Shown piece by piece: positions 61,419 to 64,000 of a DNA stretch of 64,000 nt. The DNA is from an uncultured Gemmatimonadales bacterium (lineage in GTDB: Bacteria > Gemmatimonadota > Gemmatimonadetes > Longimicrobiales > RSA9). Numbering within the stretch: the first letter of the stretch is position 1; the number at the start of each line of letters is the position of its first letter. A model generated the notes under the pieces. It did not search any database. It was not told the origin of the DNA and saw only the letters and a list, made by a program, of their open reading frames with translations. A program made the translations under genes and the position numbers. The stretch is from the NCBI GenBank assembly GCA_963783305.1, contig CAWAMW010000007.1:78220-142219 (forward strand). The letters are read 5' to 3'.

Positions 61419-62514
61419 GGGTGGGGCGGGGACCACACTGGCGGGGGCCTCCGGCGGTGTGCCTCTGCGGGAATGGCTGGGCGGCGCGGAGCTGCCCTGG
61501 CCGCCCGCGTCGGACCTGGGGGACGGCGCCCGTATCGTGGCGTGCTACAGCGTGGTCCGGTCGGCCATGGCCACCACGCGGCAGGACAAGCCGTACCTGC
61601 GCCTCGAGCTGACCGACCTCCATGGCAGCATCCAGGCACGGGTCTGGGATCACGCGGAGCGCTACGGCGCGGTGGCGGAGCCCGGGTCGTACGTGGGCGT
61701 TCGGGGTCGGGTGGAGGTATTCCAGGGGCAGCCGCAGGTGAACGTGGACCACCTGGAGCGGGTCCGGGTGGAGCCATCGGAGCTGGGCTTCTTCATGCCT
61801 CGCTGTCCACGAGACCCGATAGAAATGGACGCCGAACTCGCGGACCTCATGGCCTCGGTGAAGGACGCCCCGCTGCGTAAGCTCCTGCGCGCGCTGCTCG
61901 GCCCGCAGACGGAGTCTGGAGCGTGGTACCGAAAAGCGCCCGCCGCCATGCGGAACCATCACGCGTACGTGGGCGGTCTGCTCGAGCACACGCTGTCCGT
62001 GGGCAAGCTGTGCGCGTCCATGGCCGACCACTACGGCACGATCATCGATCGCGACCTGCTCGTGACAGGGGCGCTCCTGCACGACGTCGGAAAGATCCGC
62101 GAAATCGCCACGCAGGCCGGCTTCCCCTACACCACGCATGGCAAGCTGCTGGGCCACATCCTCCTGGGGATCGAGATGGTGCACGAGGCCGGGCGCACGC
62201 TCAACGTCCCGGACGATCGGCTCCGGCTGGTCGAGCACCTGATCGCGGCGCACCAGGGGCGCTATGAGTGGCAGAGCCCGCGCCAGCCCCACACGCTGGA
62301 AGCGCTGATCCTCCACTACGCCGACGACACCAATGCCAAGCTCCAGCAGGCCATCGACCTCGTCCGCTCAAGCGACGAGGGCTGGACCGACTACTCCCGG
62401 TCCTTTGGCCGCGAGTTCTTTCGACACTCCGGCGGTCGTCCCTCGGATGAGCCGCCGGCGGATCCCACCGGCAGGCCGGACCCGGACACCCTGTCGCTCT
62501 TCGACCTGGACTGA
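61411..62514 (+). CDS. YhaM-like HD-domain protein with N-terminal OB-fold (3'-5' exoribonuclease / CMP-binding factor family)
   Basis: OB-fold N-terminus. HD motif (HHAYVGGLLEHTLSV ... LLHDVGK). Start overlaps the pyrC stop. Confidence 0.75.
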   Translation: MAEGGAGTTLAGASGGVPLREWLGGAELPWPPASDLGDGARIVACYSVVRSAMATTRQDKPYLRLELTDLHGSIQARVWDHAERYGAVAEPGSYVGVRGRVEVFQGQPQVNVDHLERVRVEPSELGFFMPRCPRDPIEMDAELADLMASVKDAPLRKLLRALLGPQTESGAWYRKAPAAMRNHHAYVGGLLEHTLSVGKLCASMADHYGTIIDRDLLVTGALLHDVGKIREIATQAGFPYTTHGKLLGHILLGIEMVHEAGRTLNVPDDRLRLVEHLIAAHQGRYEWQSPRQPHTLEALILHYADDTNAKLQQAIDLVRSSDEGWTDYSRSFGREFFRHSGGRPSDEPPADPTGRPDPDTLSLFDLD

Positions 62515-62567
62515 CGCGAGCCCGGCGGAGCCCCACCGCCGCCGCATTTCCCTGCCCACACCAAAAA

Positions 62568-62596
62568 GCCGCCCCCGTCCAGTGGACGGGGGCGGC
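62568..62596. terminator. Bidirectional rho-independent terminator (GCCGCCCCCGTCC-agtg-GACGGGGGCGGC) flanked by an A-run
   Basis: Perfect stem between the convergent yhaM-like and rpsT genes. AAAAA on the plus side gives a U-tail for the minus-strand transcript. Confidence 0.55.
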
Positions 62597-62628
62597 GGAA
62601 CCGCAGGGGCCGTGCTGGAGCGACGCTC

Positions 62629-62892
62629 CTAGACGGTGCCACCCTTTTCGAGCACGATCCTGGCCAGCTGCGACTTCTTGCGCGCCGCCTTGTTCCGGTG
62701 GAGCAGGTATCTCGTGCTGAAGCGGTCGAGGAGCTGCGACGCGCGCCGGAAAGCGGCCGTGGCCTCTTCCCCGGTTTCCGCGCTCTGCACGCCCTTGATC
62801 GCGCTCTTCAGCCGCGACCGCTGCTGGCGGTTCTGTTCGTGACGACGGACGTTCTGTCGGATCCGCTTTCGTGCGCTCTTGCTGTTCGCCAA
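62629..62892 (-). CDS. rpsT: 30S ribosomal protein S20
   Basis: TTG start with GGGAG upstream. ANSKSARKRIRQNVRRHEQNRQQRSRLK is the S20 N-terminal signature. 87 aa. Confidence 0.85.
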   Translation of the reverse strand: MANSKSARKRIRQNVRRHEQNRQQRSRLKSAIKGVQSAETGEEATAAFRRASQLLDRFSTRYLLHRNKAARKKSQLARIVLEKGGTV

Positions 62893-62995
62893 AGTCCCTA
62901 GCTCCCGCTGGTTACCGGTCTCCCAAAGCCCCGAAGTATGGAAGTGCTCCGGCGGGTTGTCAAGGTGTTCGCCCTTCGGCCTCACGGAGGGCGGC

Positions 62996-63115
62996 CTGCG
63001 GCCGCGGGGGGGTCGCTTCGCTCCCGGAGGGCGGCCTGCGGCCGCGGGGGGGTCGCTTCGCTCCCGGAGGGCGGCCTGCGGCCGCGGGGGGGTCGCTTCG
63101 CTCCGACCACGCACC
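62996..63115. repeat. 40-bp tandem repeat x3 (GGAGGGCGGCCTGCGGCCGCGGGGGGGTCGCTTCGCTCCC), followed at about 63150-63245 by a degenerate inverted copy
   Basis: Direct reading. Each unit contains the palindrome GCGGCCGC. The downstream segment gtgagccacccccgcaggccgcgaggcggcccgccctccgagg is approximately the reverse complement of a unit, and gagcgaagcgagcg complements cgcttcgctc. Confidence 0.8.
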
Positions 63116-63302
63116 GGCGGATGCAGTCCCGTGGTGGTTCCGTGCGAGCGAAGCGAGCGCTCTCCGCGAGCGGAGCGAGTCCGCCCGTCGAAACGTAGTG
63201 AGCCACCCCCGCAGGCCGCGAGGCGGCCCGCCCTCCGAGGCGAACCCCGTTCGCCGCCCCCCCGGTAGCGTCCGACCTTTCGCGCGCGTAGGTTCCGGCG
63301 CA

Positions 63303-63968
63303 ATGGAGCGGGTCGAGCAGGTCCTCGTATTTCTGCCTGTGCTGCTGGTGTCCGTGGTCCTTCACGAAGTGGCTCACGGCTGGATGGCGCTGAGGCAGGG
63401 TGATGATACGGCGCAGCGGGCGGGCCGGCTGACGCTGAATCCGATTCCCCATCTGGATGTGATGGGGAGCTTGATCGTGCCCACACTCCTGGCGCTGATG
63501 CCGGGAACGCTCCTGTTCGGCTGGGCGAAGCCGGTGCCGGTGGACCCGCGGAACTTCCGGAACTACCGCCGGGGCGATATCCTCGTGTCGCTGGCGGGGG
63601 TGACGGTGAATCTGCTGCTGGTGGTGGCGTTCACGGCTCTGATGATTGCGGCGGTGTGGTCGGGTCGACTCGTCCCGGCGCTGGAGCCGGTGGCAGAGCT
63701 GGTTCTGAGCGCGGCGCAGCTTGGGGTCGTCCTGAACCTGATCCTGGTGTTCTTCAACCTGATACCGCTCCCGCCCCTGGACGGCTCGCATGTGGTCGCG
63801 CACGCGCTGCCGCCTTCCCTCAGAAGCGGCTACCGAAGGGTGGGGCGGTACGGTCTCGGGATCCTGATGGTGGCGGTTTTCCTCGCGCCGGGCGCCGTGG
63901 ACGTGGTGCTGTGGCCGGCCTTTGCCCTGGTGGACGTCGCTTTCGGAATCGTGCAGTGGGTCGTATGA
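63303..63968 (+). CDS. Site-2 protease (M50) family membrane metalloprotease (short, Rv-type / SpoIVFB-like core)
   Basis: HExxH in TM helix (LHEVAHGW). Second zinc ligand motif NLIPLPPLDGSHV. About 221 aa, 5-6 TM. Confidence 0.8.
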   Translation: MERVEQVLVFLPVLLVSVVLHEVAHGWMALRQGDDTAQRAGRLTLNPIPHLDVMGSLIVPTLLALMPGTLLFGWAKPVPVDPRNFRNYRRGDILVSLAGVTVNLLLVVAFTALMIAAVWSGRLVPALEPVAELVLSAAQLGVVLNLILVFFNLIPLPPLDGSHVVAHALPPSLRSGYRRVGRYGLGILMVAVFLAPGAVDVVLWPAFALVDVAFGIVQWVV

Positions 63969-64000
63969 GCAGGCGGGAATCGGTGGAAGGGCCGGGGGAG

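Noticed and set aside
62996-63115. Possible CRISPR array (three identical 40-bp units)
   Set aside because: The units are directly tandem with no spacers, and no cas genes are present. It is a simple tandem repeat.

Overview
This is a high-GC (about 68-70%) bacterial chromosomal window with tightly packed genes on both strands. The gene content (SusC/SusD pair, many weak Shine-Dalgarno sites, GTG/TTG starts) fits a Gemmatimonadota-like organism; that guess is tentative and inferred from content only. There are many overlapping ORFs in the supplied track. They are artefacts of the GC richness, and I reject most of them.

The real genes I can support, in order:
- a Gfo/Idh/MocA oxidoreductase, OsmC, a PAP2 phosphatase, and an M1 aminopeptidase
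- a minus-strand cluster of a sigma-54 response regulator, a histidine kinase, a hypothetical, and an RCK-type K+ channel whose selectivity filter is non-canonical (TVGFRE instead of TVGYGD)
- a TolC, HlyD adaptor and two soluble ABC ATPases operon with no permease gene
- a Tat-exported fusion of a 4Fe-4S ferredoxin to an NrfD/PsrC-like membrane subunit, preceded by a 36-aa His-tailed peptide and a structured, AT-rich-promoted leader
- a thiol/stress-looking neighbourhood: a Cys-rich mini-protein divergent from a MarR regulator with a Cys-rich tail, an MFS transporter, and an alpha/beta-hydrolase-OsmC fusion
- an orphan GAF-PAS histidine kinase
- two TauE/SafE paralogs flanking an Arg/Asp-rich secreted protein
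- uracil-DNA glycosylase, a Met-rich mini-lipoprotein, MscS, an NPP-family phosphodiesterase, and a NfeD-flotillin pair
- an RND efflux operon of adaptor, TolC and two tandem RND permeases
- a secreted Zn metalloprotease, a pyrimidine-dimer glycosylase, a DUF1707/LiaF-like protein and a YVTN propeller
- gltX, then tRNA-Gln(CUG), then lexA, then tadA; the lexA Shine-Dalgarno lies inside the tRNA 3' end
- a four-helix-bundle protein, a 2-hydroxyacid dehydrogenase, SusC/SusD and NhaC
- pyrR, pyrB, pyrC and a YhaM-like HD protein in one operon
- rpsT and an M50 site-2 protease

Several short tandem DNA repeats are notable:
- a TCTGT-core heptamer/12-14-mer family at three loci (CACAGRR x12 is the reverse complement of this core)
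- a 13-mer x9-10 in the promoter of the sigma-54 regulator
- a 40-bp x3 array with an inverted partial copy between rpsT and the M50 protease
- a 32-bp x2 direct repeat

I see no CRISPR array, integrase or transposase. The most plausible novel items are the permease-less TolC/HlyD/2xATPase module, the fused NrfC/NrfD-like quinone module with its structured leader and mini-peptide, the GFR-filter RCK channel under a sigma-54 two-component system, and the TCTGT repeat family.
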